Source of the DNA: an uncultured Bacilli bacterium
GTDB lineage: Bacteria; Bacillota_I; Bacilli_A; RF39; UBA660
NCBI GenBank assembly: GCA_934086185.1
Contig: CAKOHW010000002.1
Location: forward strand, 31,377 to 95,376
Direction of reading: 5' to 3'
Length of the DNA stretch: 64,000 nt
Both the position numbers and the translations under genes were made by a program. The notes under the pieces are model-generated. The model had not been told where the DNA came from. It saw only the letters and a program-made list of their open reading frames with translations, and did no database searches. This document shows, in pieces, positions 10,804 to 20,565 of this stretch. Within the stretch, counting starts at the first letter, position 1; every line of letters begins with the position of its first letter.

Positions 10804-12332
10804 TAAAATCTCCCCATTCCCTTTTTCAATTCTTTCTCTGCTTCAACTTTTCCTAAATAAGTTTCTTGTTTGTTAATATAATCTCTACGTTCTTTTTTAT
10901 CCTTAAAACTCCTTTTAACTTTCTTAACTAAACCATTATTTAAATACATTGAAGTTAATTTATTTTTAGCATATGAAGGATTTATTAATTTATTTTCTAA
11001 AGCGCCAAGTTTTTTCAAACTACTTCTTATTTCTTCATATCTTTCTCTTCCAACGCTTTCTTCAGTAATAACATTTCCGTTTTTATCAATTATCTTTCCA
11101 TCTTCACGTATATCAATATCAAAGTGTTTTAAAACTCTTGCCAAATCTTCTTTTCTATATTTTTTATTCTTATATGATTTATATATTCCATATCCAATTG
11201 CAGTACCACCTAATAAGACAAAAGATGCATTTGCTAAAGCAGTAACAGGATTAAATACAGTACTTAATGCTAAAGCAGTTAAAATTATTTTAGCAGGTTT
11301 ACCCATTGTAGTTTTCTTAGTGCTAACTATTTTAATAGGCTCATGCCCTAATTCTTCTTCTAATTCATTTTCTAAAGTATTTAAATCTCCATTATCTTTA
11401 TTTACGTTATTTTGATTATCTAAATTTTCTTTATTTAAATCATCGTTAGTATTTTCAATTGTATTATTTTTATTAACAGAATTCTTTATTTCATCCATAG
11501 TCTTCCCATTATATAAATCATTTATATATGGAACATAATTATTATCTTTATCAAGAGTCCCCATTAAATCAGTAATATACTCTAACATAAATTTTTCATT
11601 TAAATGATTAGTTTCTATAAAACTCTTATAATTCTTAAAAAATGTCTCTACCATAACATCATTAGGCATATTTATACCTTTAAGATTATTAACTAATCTT
11701 TGAAACTCTATATCTAGATTTTTATTATCACTTTTAACTATTTCATTTTCAATATACTCTTTATAATTATCATTTCTTAAATTATCAAGTCTATTTTGTG
11801 CATTCTTCATTAATTCATCAAGTTTTTTATTATCATTTATATCACTAACTTTTTTACCATTAAATATATCTTTCACATCATAAATATATAATTTATCAGT
11901 ATCAAATGTCTTAAACATTCTTTCAAAATACATATACATATATTTTTTATCCAAATTATATTTATCTACAAAATTTAAATATTTCTCTACACTGCTATCT
12001 AATTCTTTATTATTTTTAGAAATTATTGCATCTTTAAGTTCTTTTTCTATATTATTAAATTCTATAGTATTTTCTGCATAAACATACTTATCAAAATAAT
12101 CTATTAATTCTTTATCTTCTTCATTAACAGTAACTTTCTTTAAATCAGTATTATTATCCTTAATAGTATCATTATTTTGTTTATTATTATCTTTAGATTT
12201 ACTTAATTCTTTATATACTTCAATCATTTCTTTAGCCCAACTAATATATATAGGATTATTGCTATTTTTTATATCATTTTCAAAATACTTAATAGCCTTT
12301 TGATACTTTTCAATTCTTGTTTTTTCATCCAT
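10803..12332 (-). CDS. hypothetical protein with an internal hydrophobic hairpin (509 aa)
   Basis: Long Asn/Lys/Asp-rich ORF. Hydrophobic stretch AKIILTALALSTVFNPVTALANASFVLLGGTAIGYGI. Confidence 0.55.
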   Translation of the reverse strand: MDEKTRIEKYQKAIKYFENDIKNSNNPIYISWAKEMIEVYKELSKSKDNNKQNNDTIKDNNTDLKKVTVNEEDKELIDYFDKYVYAENTIEFNNIEKELKDAIISKNNKELDSSVEKYLNFVDKYNLDKKYMYMYFERMFKTFDTDKLYIYDVKDIFNGKKVSDINDNKKLDELMKNAQNRLDNLRNDNYKEYIENEIVKSDNKNLDIEFQRLVNNLKGINMPNDVMVETFFKNYKSFIETNHLNEKFMLEYITDLMGTLDKDNNYVPYINDLYNGKTMDEIKNSVNKNNTIENTNDDLNKENLDNQNNVNKDNGDLNTLENELEEELGHEPIKIVSTKKTTMGKPAKIILTALALSTVFNPVTALANASFVLLGGTAIGYGIYKSYKNKKYRKEDLARVLKHFDIDIREDGKIIDKNGNVITEESVGRERYEEIRSSLKKLGALENKLINPSYAKNKLTSMYLNNGLVKKVKRSFKDKKERRDYINKQETYLGKVEAEKELKKGMGRF

Positions 12333-12395
12333 ACAATCTCACCACACTAATTATATCTAAAATTTTATTTATTGTAAACTTAAAATATATAAAGT

Positions 12396-12671
12396 TTACT
12401 TATCAGAAAAAGTTAATAATGGAACAAACATAACAGGTAAAATCCATATACCAACTATATAACCAACTGACTTTTTATAATCTTTTTTAGCTAAACTAGA
12501 TACTATTACTAAATTATAAATAGGTATTAAAAACTTCCATGAACTTATATTATTTTTTTTAAATAACTTAATACCACAAATAATTACTAAAGTAATAAGT
12601 AAAATGACAAATATAACTATTAAACCTAAAATTAATTGTAAATTACTTTCACTCAATAAAAAATCTTCCAT
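12396..12671 (-). CDS. small membrane protein (91 aa)
   Basis: Three hydrophobic segments, no motif. Confidence 0.45.
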   Translation of the reverse strand: MEDFLLSESNLQLILGLIVIFVILLITLVIICGIKLFKKNNISSWKFLIPIYNLVIVSSLAKKDYKKSVGYIVGIWILPVMFVPLLTFSDK

Positions 12672-12731
12672 ATATTATCACCTATTATCAATTATATTAA
12701 ATATAATACTTAGTTTCAAGAAAAAAATACC

Positions 12732-13253
12732 TTATTCAGATATCTTCTTCTTTAAAGCTAAAATATGTAATTCTCTATCAATAACTTTATCCATATACTT
12801 ATTAACTTTATTACTACTTTTACCTAAAATATATTTATGTACATATTCTCTATATTCTATGCTATCACTTAAATTTCTTTGTTCTTTTATAGAATTTAAT
12901 AATTCATATATAGCTTTTAATCTATCTAAGTTATATACTTCATTAATTTCAGAATTATTATCTACTCCATCAAAATAAGTTTCAGTTTCTAACTTTATAA
13001 TTTTATTTTCAAATTCATCAGAATGAATATATTCTGGCTTATTTTTAATATTAGCCATATTTTCTTCAAGAACAGTATTAACATATCTTATAGAAAAATT
13101 AGATTTATTTTTAGATTTATCTAATTTTTTTCTATTAATAACTTTCAAAGAATCATGATAATTTCTTTTTGTTCTCTTAATATCTTTTTTACTAAATTCA
13201 TCTTCTAATTTGTAAAGTAATTCTTCACATGTTGTATTTTTTATATTTTTCAT
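12732..13253 (-). CDS. hypothetical protein (173 aa)
   Basis: Charged, coiled-coil-like ORF with no motif. Confidence 0.45.
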   Translation of the reverse strand: MKNIKNTTCEELLYKLEDEFSKKDIKRTKRNYHDSLKVINRKKLDKSKNKSNFSIRYVNTVLEENMANIKNKPEYIHSDEFENKIIKLETETYFDGVDNNSEINEVYNLDRLKAIYELLNSIKEQRNLSDSIEYREYVHKYILGKSSNKVNKYMDKVIDRELHILALKKKISE

Positions 13254-13327
13254 TTTATTAAAACCCTCCTACTAAATACACATATTCATTATAAAATATT
13301 TAAAATACTTTTATCAACAAAAATTAA

Positions 13328-15874
13328 TTATTTACATAATCGTTTTAATTCATTATTAATAAATTCTAATCTATTCTTTTCTAATTCTAACGCTTCTCTA
13401 TCTTTCATTACTACTTCTTTAGGAGCTTTATTTACATAATTTTCATTACTTAATAATTTTTCACGTCTTCCTATACTATTTAATAAAGTATCTTTTTCTT
13501 TTTCTAATACACTTATTTCATTATCAATATTACTACTATTATCAAAATAAATACTAATATCATAATCATATAAATTTACATTTACTTTATCATTATATGC
13601 AGATTTATTAACAACTTTATCATTTAATTTTAATAAATCAAATAATAACTTATTTTCTACATTTGTTATAACTTCAAATTCTTTACCACAATTAATATCA
13701 TGTAATTTATTTCTAAATAATGTTACATATTCTAATAATTCTTTTATTTCTTTTTCTTCTTTAGTATATTCAAAATCTCTATCATATTCTGGATACTTAC
13801 TAATCATGATAGACTCACTATCTTTATTAGGCAACATCTTATATATTTCCTCAGTTACATAAGGCATAAATGGATGTAACATTTTTAATATATTAATTAA
13901 TACAGTTAACAATACAGACTTAGTAGTATCATTTTGATTAAATTTACTCATTTCTATATAATTATCACAAAAATCTGTCCATATGAAATCATATAATGTT
14001 GAACCAACTATATTAAAATCATACTTTTCCATATGTTTAGTAACTAAAGTAATAGTACTATTCATTTTACTTAAAATATATTTATCTTGTTTATCTAAAT
14101 TATCATAAGTAAAATTATCCATATCAAAATCTTCCACATTCATTAATACATAACGTGATGCATTCCATAATTTATTAATGAAATTCCATACACCTTTAAC
14201 TTTTTCTTCATCATATCTTAAATCTTGTCCAGGTGCAGAACTACTTGCTAAGAAAAATCTTAATGAATCAGCTCCATATTCATCAATAACATCCATAGGA
14301 TCTACTCCATTACCAAGACTTTTAGACATTTTTCTTCCAATTTTATCTCTAATTAAACCATGTATTAAACAATCTTTAAATGGTCTTTTATCAGTTAAAT
14401 ATAATCCTTGGAATACCATTCTACATACCCAAAAGAAAATAATATCATACCCAGTAACTAAAACATCAGTTGGATAATATTTTTCCAAGTCACTAGTCTT
14501 ATCTGGCCATCCAAAAGTACTAAAAGGCCATAAAGCACTTGAAAACCATGTATCTAATACATCTTCATCTTGTACCCATCCATCTTCACTTGGAGCAGTT
14601 TCACTTACATAAACTTCATCGCCTTTATACCAAACTGGTATTCTATGTCCCCACCATAATTGACGAGAAATACACCAATCATGACAATCTTCCATCCAAT
14701 GATTTAATATTTTTTCAAATCTTTCTGGAACAAAATTAACTTTTTCTTTACTGTTTTTTTGAGTATCTAATACTCTTTTTGCCAAAGTTTCCATACGTAC
14801 AAACCATTGTTTAGATAAATATGGTTCTACCATAACTCCAGTACGTTCAGAATGTCCTACTGAATGTGTTATAGGTTCTATTTCAATTAATAATCCACTA
14901 TTTTCTAAATCTTCAACTAATCTTTTTCTACATTCAAATCTATCTAAACCAGAATATATACCTGCATTATCATTCATAGTACCATCTGGATTTAATACTT
15001 TTATACGTTCAAGATTATGTCTTTCTCCTACTTCAAAGTCATTAGGATCATGTGCTGGAGTAATTTTAACTACACCTGTACCAAATTCAGGATCAGCATG
15101 CAAATCAGCAATAATAGGAATTTTTTTATTAACTATTGGTAATATTACATACTTTCCAACATACTCACTATAACGTTCATCATTTGGATTAACTGCAACA
15201 GCAGTATCTCCAAATAATGTTTCAGGTCTAGTTGTAGCAACACGTAAATACTTTTCAGTCCCTTCTATATAATATTTTAAATGATAAAATGCACCTTCTA
15301 CATCTTTATATATAACTTCTTCATTAGATAATGCAGTTTTTGCTTCAGGATCCCAATTAATAATACGTTCTCCTCTATAAATTAAACCTTCATTATACAT
15401 TTTTACAAATGTTTTAGTAACTGCTTTATTTAAACCTTCATCTAAAGTGAAACGTTCTTTTGAATACGCTAAAGATAAACCTAATTTACCCCATTGACTT
15501 CTTATATTAGAAGCATATTCTTCTTTCCATTTCCAAGCCTCTTTTAAGAATCCTTCACGTCCTAATTCATATTTATTTATTCCTTCACTCTTTAATCTTG
15601 CAACAACTTTAGCCTCAGTCGCTATAGCAGCATGATCCATTCCAGGTAACCATAAAGTATCAAAACCTTGCATTCTTTTAAATCTAATTATAATATCTTG
15701 TAAAGTAGTATCCCATGCATGTCCTAAATGTAATTTACCAGTTACATTAGGAGGTGGAATAACTATAGAAAATTTACCTTTATTATTATTTGTAGGTTCA
15801 AAATATCCTTTACCTTTCCAATTTTCATACTTTCCTTCTTCTACACTTAAATGATTATATTTCTTATCTAACAT
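13328..15874 (-). CDS. valS: valyl-tRNA synthetase
   Basis: 848 aa. HIGH region [18 protein letters not shown] motif, C-terminal coiled coil. Confidence 0.97.
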   Translation of the reverse strand: MLDKKYNHLSVEEGKYENWKGKGYFEPTNNNKGKFSIVIPPPNVTGKLHLGHAWDTTLQDIIIRFKRMQGFDTLWLPGMDHAAIATEAKVVARLKSEGINKYELGREGFLKEAWKWKEEYASNIRSQWGKLGLSLAYSKERFTLDEGLNKAVTKTFVKMYNEGLIYRGERIINWDPEAKTALSNEEVIYKDVEGAFYHLKYYIEGTEKYLRVATTRPETLFGDTAVAVNPNDERYSEYVGKYVILPIVNKKIPIIADLHADPEFGTGVVKITPAHDPNDFEVGERHNLERIKVLNPDGTMNDNAGIYSGLDRFECRKRLVEDLENSGLLIEIEPITHSVGHSERTGVMVEPYLSKQWFVRMETLAKRVLDTQKNSKEKVNFVPERFEKILNHWMEDCHDWCISRQLWWGHRIPVWYKGDEVYVSETAPSEDGWVQDEDVLDTWFSSALWPFSTFGWPDKTSDLEKYYPTDVLVTGYDIIFFWVCRMVFQGLYLTDKRPFKDCLIHGLIRDKIGRKMSKSLGNGVDPMDVIDEYGADSLRFFLASSSAPGQDLRYDEEKVKGVWNFINKLWNASRYVLMNVEDFDMDNFTYDNLDKQDKYILSKMNSTITLVTKHMEKYDFNIVGSTLYDFIWTDFCDNYIEMSKFNQNDTTKSVLLTVLINILKMLHPFMPYVTEEIYKMLPNKDSESIMISKYPEYDRDFEYTKEEKEIKELLEYVTLFRNKLHDINCGKEFEVITNVENKLLFDLLKLNDKVVNKSAYNDKVNVNLYDYDISIYFDNSSNIDNEISVLEKEKDTLLNSIGRREKLLSNENYVNKAPKEVVMKDREALELEKNRLEFINNELKRLCK

Positions 15875-16595
15875 AACTATTCACCCTTTCATCAATATAC
15901 TTATTAACATAATCAAAATATTCTTTAAACATCTCTTTATTAATAATTTGACTATATATCTTATCAATAAGTTTATTATCTTTCAAATGTTTAAAAGAAT
16001 AATCATAATTTAAATCAAATACAAAAGCCAAATATAATAATACTTTATCATTTAAACTCTTAACATCTTTATAACTAATAACTTTTCTATTATAAAAATC
16101 ATCTTTAATCTTATCACTAATAGGTTCATTACATTCCATTATTAACTCTTTATCAATACTAAAAAGATAAAATATATCTAACTTATCAGCATCTCTAACA
16201 ACTTTACAAATCTTTTTATTATGTTCACTTATATTAGTAGGTATAAAAGCTTTATTATGATACTTAATAACATCATAAATTTCATCATACATACTAATAT
16301 CTTTTTCATAATCTAATATTTCACTATTACCAAATAATAAAGAAACACCCAAATCTCCATGATCTATAGAATGTATATCACTATAAGTTTCATAATCTTT
16401 CCACTGAGTAAATCTCCCATAATCATGTAATAAACCACTCACAGTACATATATGTTCATCCTTAATATCAAAATTAGATTTTTTAGCAATAGCAGTTGCA
16501 ATATCCATAACTCTTAAAGAATGTTCATATTTATACTTAATCTCTCTTATATTCAAATCAAATTTTTTAACATAATCATAAAATACTTCTTTCAT
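15864..16595 (-). CDS. HD-domain phosphohydrolase
   Basis: HD motif ([10 protein letters not shown]…DHGDLG). Its stop overlaps the valS start by 11 nt, suggesting translational coupling. Confidence 0.75.
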   Translation of the reverse strand: MKEVFYDYVKKFDLNIREIKYKYEHSLRVMDIATAIAKKSNFDIKDEHICTVSGLLHDYGRFTQWKDYETYSDIHSIDHGDLGVSLLFGNSEILDYEKDISMYDEIYDVIKYHNKAFIPTNISEHNKKICKVVRDADKLDIFYLFSIDKELIMECNEPISDKIKDDFYNRKVISYKDVKSLNDKVLLYLAFVFDLNYDYSFKHLKDNKLIDKIYSQIINKEMFKEYFDYVNKYIDERVNSYVR

Positions 16596-16616
16596 TTATA
16601 CAATCCTCCAAACAAT

Positions 16617-16830
16617 AAAAAAACACGTATATTTCTAAGGACGAAATACCGTGTTACCACCTTAATTCATGTATAATAATACATCTCAATACTTTAACGC
16701 AGTTAACGTAATATTCTACTAAATTCAAATATTCTGCTCCATCGCTACCTTCTATTAATTCATTTATTAGTTTACACCAACCACTAACTCTCTATAAAAC
16801 AAATTAATATACTCCTCAACTTCATTGCAT
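16617..16830 (-). promoter_or_regulatory. T-box leader controlling the HD-valS operon
   Basis: Minus strand shows the stem I motif AGAGAGUUAGUGGUUGGUG (about 16775-16795). The T-box sequence AAUUAAGGUGGUAACACGG lies at about 16649-16667. It overlaps the terminator ACACGGUAUUUCGUCCUUAGAAAUAUACGUGU + U7 (16617-16655). Upstream promoter TTGAAA(16861-16866)-17-TATAAT(16838-16843). Candidate Val specifier GUA at 16746-16748. Confidence 0.85.
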
Positions 16831-16931
16831 TTTCTATATTATAAATTATTTATTTTATTTTTTCAATAAAAACTTATTGAGTTATAAATTATTTTATTAT
16901 ATAATAATTCTAGAATAGAAAGAGGTGTAAT

Positions 16932-18335
16932 ATGGAACAAGAAAATAATATGTATAGTGATATAATTGCACCTCAAGAAAGCAACGCAAGTGAAAATAAA
17001 ACATTCATGAAAACATATGATTATGACAATGTTGCAATAACTGACATTGTTAATAACATTATAATAGATTCTATAAATAATAAAGCATCAGATATACACT
17101 TCAATCCTACCGAAGACGGTATAGTTATAAGGATACGTATAGATGGTGAATTAAGAAATTATGCTAAAGTACCAGGATATGTAAAAAAGAATATGATTAC
17201 AAGAATAAAAATATTAGCAGGTATGAATATAACTGAAAGTAGAGTCCCTCAAGATGGAGCTATAAAGCAAAAAATATTAGATAAAGACGTTGACTTGCGT
17301 GTGTCTTCACTTCCTACTAATATGGGTGAAAACATAGTTATTCGTATCCTAGATTATACAATGAGTAGTCAAGGAATAGAAACACTAGGTTTTAACGAAA
17401 CAAACTTAAAAAAATTAATTAAAATGATGAGTGAACCAAATGGTATTATATTAGTAACTGGTGCTACTGGATCAGGTAAATCAACAACAGTATACTCTAT
17501 TCTACAAAGACTTAATACTACAGATAGAAATATTATTACAGTAGAAGACCCAATAGAAATGAATATACCCGGTATCAACCAAGTACAAGTTATAAGTGAT
17601 ATTGGATTAACATTTGCAGCAAGCCTACGTAGTATATTACGTCAAGACCCCGATATAATAATGATCGGAGAAATAAGAGACGACGAAACTGCTCAAATAG
17701 CAGTTCGTGCATCAATCACTGGACACTTAGTACTATCTACAATACATACAAATAGTGCATTAAATACTATAGAAAGATTACTAGATATGAATATTGAAAG
17801 ATACTTACTAGGTACTGCACTTACAGGTATCATAAGCCAAAAATTAACTAAAAAATTATGCCCATATTGTAGAGAAACTAGACCAACAAATGATTATGAA
17901 AAGAAAGTATTTAAAAATAGTTTAAATTTAGACATTAATGAAATATATCAAGCAAAAGGCTGTGACAAATGTCACGAAGGCTATAAAGGCCGTGTTGCAT
18001 TACACGAAGTATTATTAATAGATCAAGAAATAAGAGATGCTATAACAAATAATATGAGAAAAGACGAATTAAGAGATTTAGTTTATGGAACAGGTACTAT
18101 AACAATGTTACAAGATGGTCTAACAAAAGTAATAAACGGTGATACTACATTTGAAGAATTAATGAAAGCAATAGATATTGATGATAGCGACCTAACAAGT
18201 GATGGATTAAAAGAGTCTCTTATAATAGCAGAAAAAAATAAAGATATTTTAAAAAATAACGCAAACTATAAAAAACTACAAGAAAAAAATGATACTGATT
18301 ACGAAGTATTCGACCTAGATTTCTTAAACAAATAA
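16932..18335 (+). CDS. GspE/PilB-family secretion/type IV pilus assembly ATPase (orphan)
   Basis: Walker A GATGSGKST, Asp/His boxes, tetracysteine CPYC…CDKC. TTGAGT-17-TATAAT promoter at 16877-16905. No pilC/pilD/pilin genes in the window. Confidence 0.85.
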   Translation: MEQENNMYSDIIAPQESNASENKTFMKTYDYDNVAITDIVNNIIIDSINNKASDIHFNPTEDGIVIRIRIDGELRNYAKVPGYVKKNMITRIKILAGMNITESRVPQDGAIKQKILDKDVDLRVSSLPTNMGENIVIRILDYTMSSQGIETLGFNETNLKKLIKMMSEPNGIILVTGATGSGKSTTVYSILQRLNTTDRNIITVEDPIEMNIPGINQVQVISDIGLTFAASLRSILRQDPDIIMIGEIRDDETAQIAVRASITGHLVLSTIHTNSALNTIERLLDMNIERYLLGTALTGIISQKLTKKLCPYCRETRPTNDYEKKVFKNSLNLDINEIYQAKGCDKCHEGYKGRVALHEVLLIDQEIRDAITNNMRKDELRDLVYGTGTITMLQDGLTKVINGDTTFEELMKAIDIDDSDLTSDGLKESLIIAEKNKDILKNNANYKKLQEKNDTDYEVFDLDFLNK

Positions 18336-18358
18336 AAAGCCATAAAAGGCTTTTTTAA
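18334..18358. terminator. bidirectional terminator between the ATPase gene and paralog P1
   Basis: AAAAAGCC-ATAAAA-GGCTTTTTT between convergent genes. Confidence 0.6.
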
Positions 18359-20244
18359 TTTTCTAAAATTTTATACGGATTATCTATTGTTCCATCTCCA
18401 CTCAATAATTGTGAACCAGTAGCTAAAGTAATTGAAGGACGAACAGTTGCAAAAGTTTCTTTAGATTCAAGAGCAAGTAAACTATTATCTATATTTACAT
18501 AAGCAACACTATCACTATATCCATCGAAGAAAAATGAACGAGACAAAGTCCAATATATAGTTTGTGAGTTAGTATATAAATAATTTCCTCTACATGCATT
18601 ATATACTTCGAATGCAATATTTCCAGCATATATAATTTCATCCGCTGTTAATGTTCCTATATAATCACTTACACTATCTTCTTCACTTGAACATTTAAAC
18701 GTAGCAGTTTTATCTCCACCTACACCCATCATTCTTTTTCCTACCAAATAAAGATATCCACTTTTATTATTTTCTAATGTTAATGCTTCATCTGTTGTTA
18801 ATAATGCACCTGTATCATTACTATATTTATAACCATCACTGCCTCCCAAACACCACTTTTCATTTTTTAAATATAATTTCTTATCTTCTAATCCACTTGA
18901 TATATACCATGTTTTTAATGTTGTATATAATCCTCCACTATAATTTTCATAATCAGCATAATATTTGCTATTAATTGTTTTATAACCATATGCTATTTTT
19001 GCCCCATTATTTATTAAAGCAGATGTTGTATCTGATGATGTTATTGTACTACATAACCCCTCTTTTGCTAAGATTATTTTTATACTTCCATCACCTTCTA
19101 CACGTACAACTCTCCAACACATATTATTAAATTCTATATAATTATCTTTTACTCCACCCCTATAATAATAACTATAACCATAATCATCTTCTGCCATAGA
19201 TAATGTTGATTCTGTCGGATATGATACTGCTAACATTTTTTTGATTTTTATTGATACTGAACTTGTACTGCTTACTGGAGCTTCCGTTACTTTATATATA
19301 TTTTCTAAATCCGTCGTTGTTTTTTTAGTATCTGTACTTGATGAATTATTATATACATAATTATCTACTAAATATTTTCCAATTAATGTTTTATTACATG
19401 TTCCGTCATTATACTTGCATGTAGAAACTCCTGTTAATGTGAATTTACCAGTACTTTCATCAACTTTATACCCAGTTCCATATGTCCAATAGTAACCCTG
19501 ATATGTTGTTGAGACATTATATATTAATCTTTCATCTATTTCTTCAGTTGCTCTATCAGTATAGTATTTATAATTAGGTATTTCTTGAGCCGGAATTGTT
19601 AACGGAGTTGCACTAAATGTTGTCCCATTATTTTCTAACTTTGCATTATTTATTATTGCATAAGCTAACGTTGTTGGTTCATATGGCATAAATTCCCCAT
19701 TAATATTCTTACTAAATATTTGTAATTTTGCTTGTAATATTTTTCCCATATCCACACTTTGATCTGTACCTGTATCTTTATATGTGAATGTAAATGTATA
19801 TGTATGTGTTTTTTTAGGCTCTATTTCATTTGTAACTAACTCTTTTATGCCGTTTGGAAAGGTTGTCTCTATTGTTACTTTGTTACATGCTATAGTTCCG
19901 TTAGTACTACAGTCTAATGTATATTTTATATCATCAGTTCTTTCAAATGTATTTACAACATCTATTAAATATAAACCATATTCTATATTTACATTTCCTT
20001 CGTTTTTTACTGTGAATGTTTTAGTATATTCAGTATTACTTGGAAATAAGTTTTCTCCACCTACTACCCCATCACTACCATCATTATATACTAATAATAA
20101 ATCTGCCGCTGTTACATCTATAGATTTATTATTAGTGTTTCCTTGTATTCTTGTTAAATAATATCCATATGTTAAACCAATAAGTGCTAAACTTACTATA
20201 GATATTCCTACAATGCTTATTATTATTTTTTGTTTTCTACTCAT
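18355..20244 (-). CDS. paralog P1: exported protein with a TasA/camelysin-like head (divergent type a) and tail type alpha
   Basis: N-terminus MSRKQKIIISIVGISIVSLALIGLTYGYYLTRIQGNTN resembles a SipW-type signal. Head motifs …KTFTVKNEGN… The C-terminal module …DDYGYSYYYRGGVKDNYIEFNNMCWRVVRVEGDGSIKIIL…YWTLS…VRPSITL… ends in GDGTIDNPYKILEN. Confidence 0.9.
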   Translation of the reverse strand: MSRKQKIIISIVGISIVSLALIGLTYGYYLTRIQGNTNNKSIDVTAADLLLVYNDGSDGVVGGENLFPSNTEYTKTFTVKNEGNVNIEYGLYLIDVVNTFERTDDIKYTLDCSTNGTIACNKVTIETTFPNGIKELVTNEIEPKKTHTYTFTFTYKDTGTDQSVDMGKILQAKLQIFSKNINGEFMPYEPTTLAYAIINNAKLENNGTTFSATPLTIPAQEIPNYKYYTDRATEEIDERLIYNVSTTYQGYYWTYGTGYKVDESTGKFTLTGVSTCKYNDGTCNKTLIGKYLVDNYVYNNSSSTDTKKTTTDLENIYKVTEAPVSSTSSVSIKIKKMLAVSYPTESTLSMAEDDYGYSYYYRGGVKDNYIEFNNMCWRVVRVEGDGSIKIILAKEGLCSTITSSDTTSALINNGAKIAYGYKTINSKYYADYENYSGGLYTTLKTWYISSGLEDKKLYLKNEKWCLGGSDGYKYSNDTGALLTTDEALTLENNKSGYLYLVGKRMMGVGGDKTATFKCSSEEDSVSDYIGTLTADEIIYAGNIAFEVYNACRGNYLYTNSQTIYWTLSRSFFFDGYSDSVAYVNIDNSLLALESKETFATVRPSITLATGSQLLSGDGTIDNPYKILEN

Positions 20245-20275
20245 ATTAACTCAAACTTCCTATCTTTATACTTAA

Positions 20276-20326
20276 AGTTTATCAAATCATTTTATTATTT
20301 ACAATATACAAATTTTGTTTTATACT
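20276..20326. promoter_or_regulatory. back-to-back divergent promoter module (P1 copy)
   Basis: Minus strand: TTGTAA(20299-20304)-17-TGaTAAACT(-10 at 20276-20281). Plus strand: TTTACA(20298-20303)-17-TATACT(20321-20326). The two -35 boxes overlap by 5 nt. Confidence 0.55.
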
Positions 20327-20332
20327 TAATTT

Positions 20333-20400
20333 AGTAGAACATCTAATTGATGGCTACCGTTTTTTTGGTAAGTGCTAATTATTTAATTAGCACTATTTTT
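20333..20400 (+). ncRNA. candidate cis-antisense sRNA (antitoxin-like), copy 1
   Basis: Starts about 7 nt after TATACT. Hairpin GTGCTAATTA/TAATTAGCAC (20372-20393) + TATTTTT acts as a plus-strand terminator. Complementary to the 3' end of the minus-strand small-ORF RNA. Confidence 0.45.
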
Positions 20401-20565
20401 ATGACCAAAACTCCCTATTATCTATATAGAAGGATGAATAGGAATACAATTACCATAATGATAATTGAACAGTCTAAAAACCTTATAATGAAAGTTTTTA
20501 CTTTCAAGCTAAGTACCTACTTTTTCTACTTTAAAAATAGAAGGTAGCCATCAAACCAAATGTTC
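20337..20565 (-). other. structured small-ORF RNA (type I toxin-like mRNA), copy 1
   Basis: Promoter TTGAAA(20596-20601)-16-TATTAT(20574-20579). The 5' arm GAACAUUUGGUUUGAUGGCUACC pairs with the 3' arm GGUAGCCAUCAAUUAGAUGUUC: about 22 bp with 3 G-U pairs, which works only in the minus-strand RNA. Confidence 0.55.
20418..20507 (-). CDS. 29-aa hydrophobic peptide (type I toxin candidate), copy 1
   Basis: TTG start sits in the hairpin UGAAAGU-AAAA-ACUUUCA. Peptide MKVKTFIIRFLDCSIIIMVIVFLFILLYR. Conserved with copy 2 through mostly synonymous or conservative changes. Confidence 0.5.
   Translation of the reverse strand: MKVKTFIIRFLDCSIIIMVIVFLFILLYR

Noticed and set aside
2925-20161. Antisense ORFs from the track lying within larger genes: 2925-3179, 3420-3725, 8954-9136, 12604-12978, 14178-14477, 14539-14739, 17369-17578, 18777-18974 and 19784-20161.
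   Set aside because: Each lies entirely opposite a longer ORF with clear motifs. They have biased low-complexity composition and no SD. They are typical shadow ORFs of AT-rich DNA.
20347-20547. 66-aa plus-strand ORF from the ORF track spanning element copy 1.
   Set aside because: It starts at TTG/ATG inside the stem arm with no SD. The equivalent frame in copy 2 is cut by a stop after 33 codons. The opposite-strand 29-30 codon ORF is the conserved one.
20337-20565. The inverted repeats flanking the ~185-bp segments (also at 36923-37150 and 55021-55274) could mark invertible DNA switches (invertons). They might flip a promoter or terminator in front of the surface-protein paralogs, as in the C. 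difficile cwpV or flagellar switches.
   Set aside because: The arms are imperfect in a strand-specific way: G-U pairs work only in the minus-strand RNA and would be A-C on the other strand. The paralog promoter lies downstream of the element rather than inside or behind it. The interior holds a peptide ORF conserved at codon level, with SD and anti-SD. Promoters sit just outside both arms. No recombinase gene is in the window. Inversion cannot be fully excluded without read-level evidence; check for split or inverted read pairs.
20337-20565. MITE or other small non-autonomous transposon with terminal inverted repeats.
   Set aside because: No target-site duplication is visible. The flanking sequences are themselves conserved between copies as part of a larger duplicated module. 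Copy 3 keeps the architecture with a different interior and compensated arms, which fits selection on RNA structure rather than transposase recognition.
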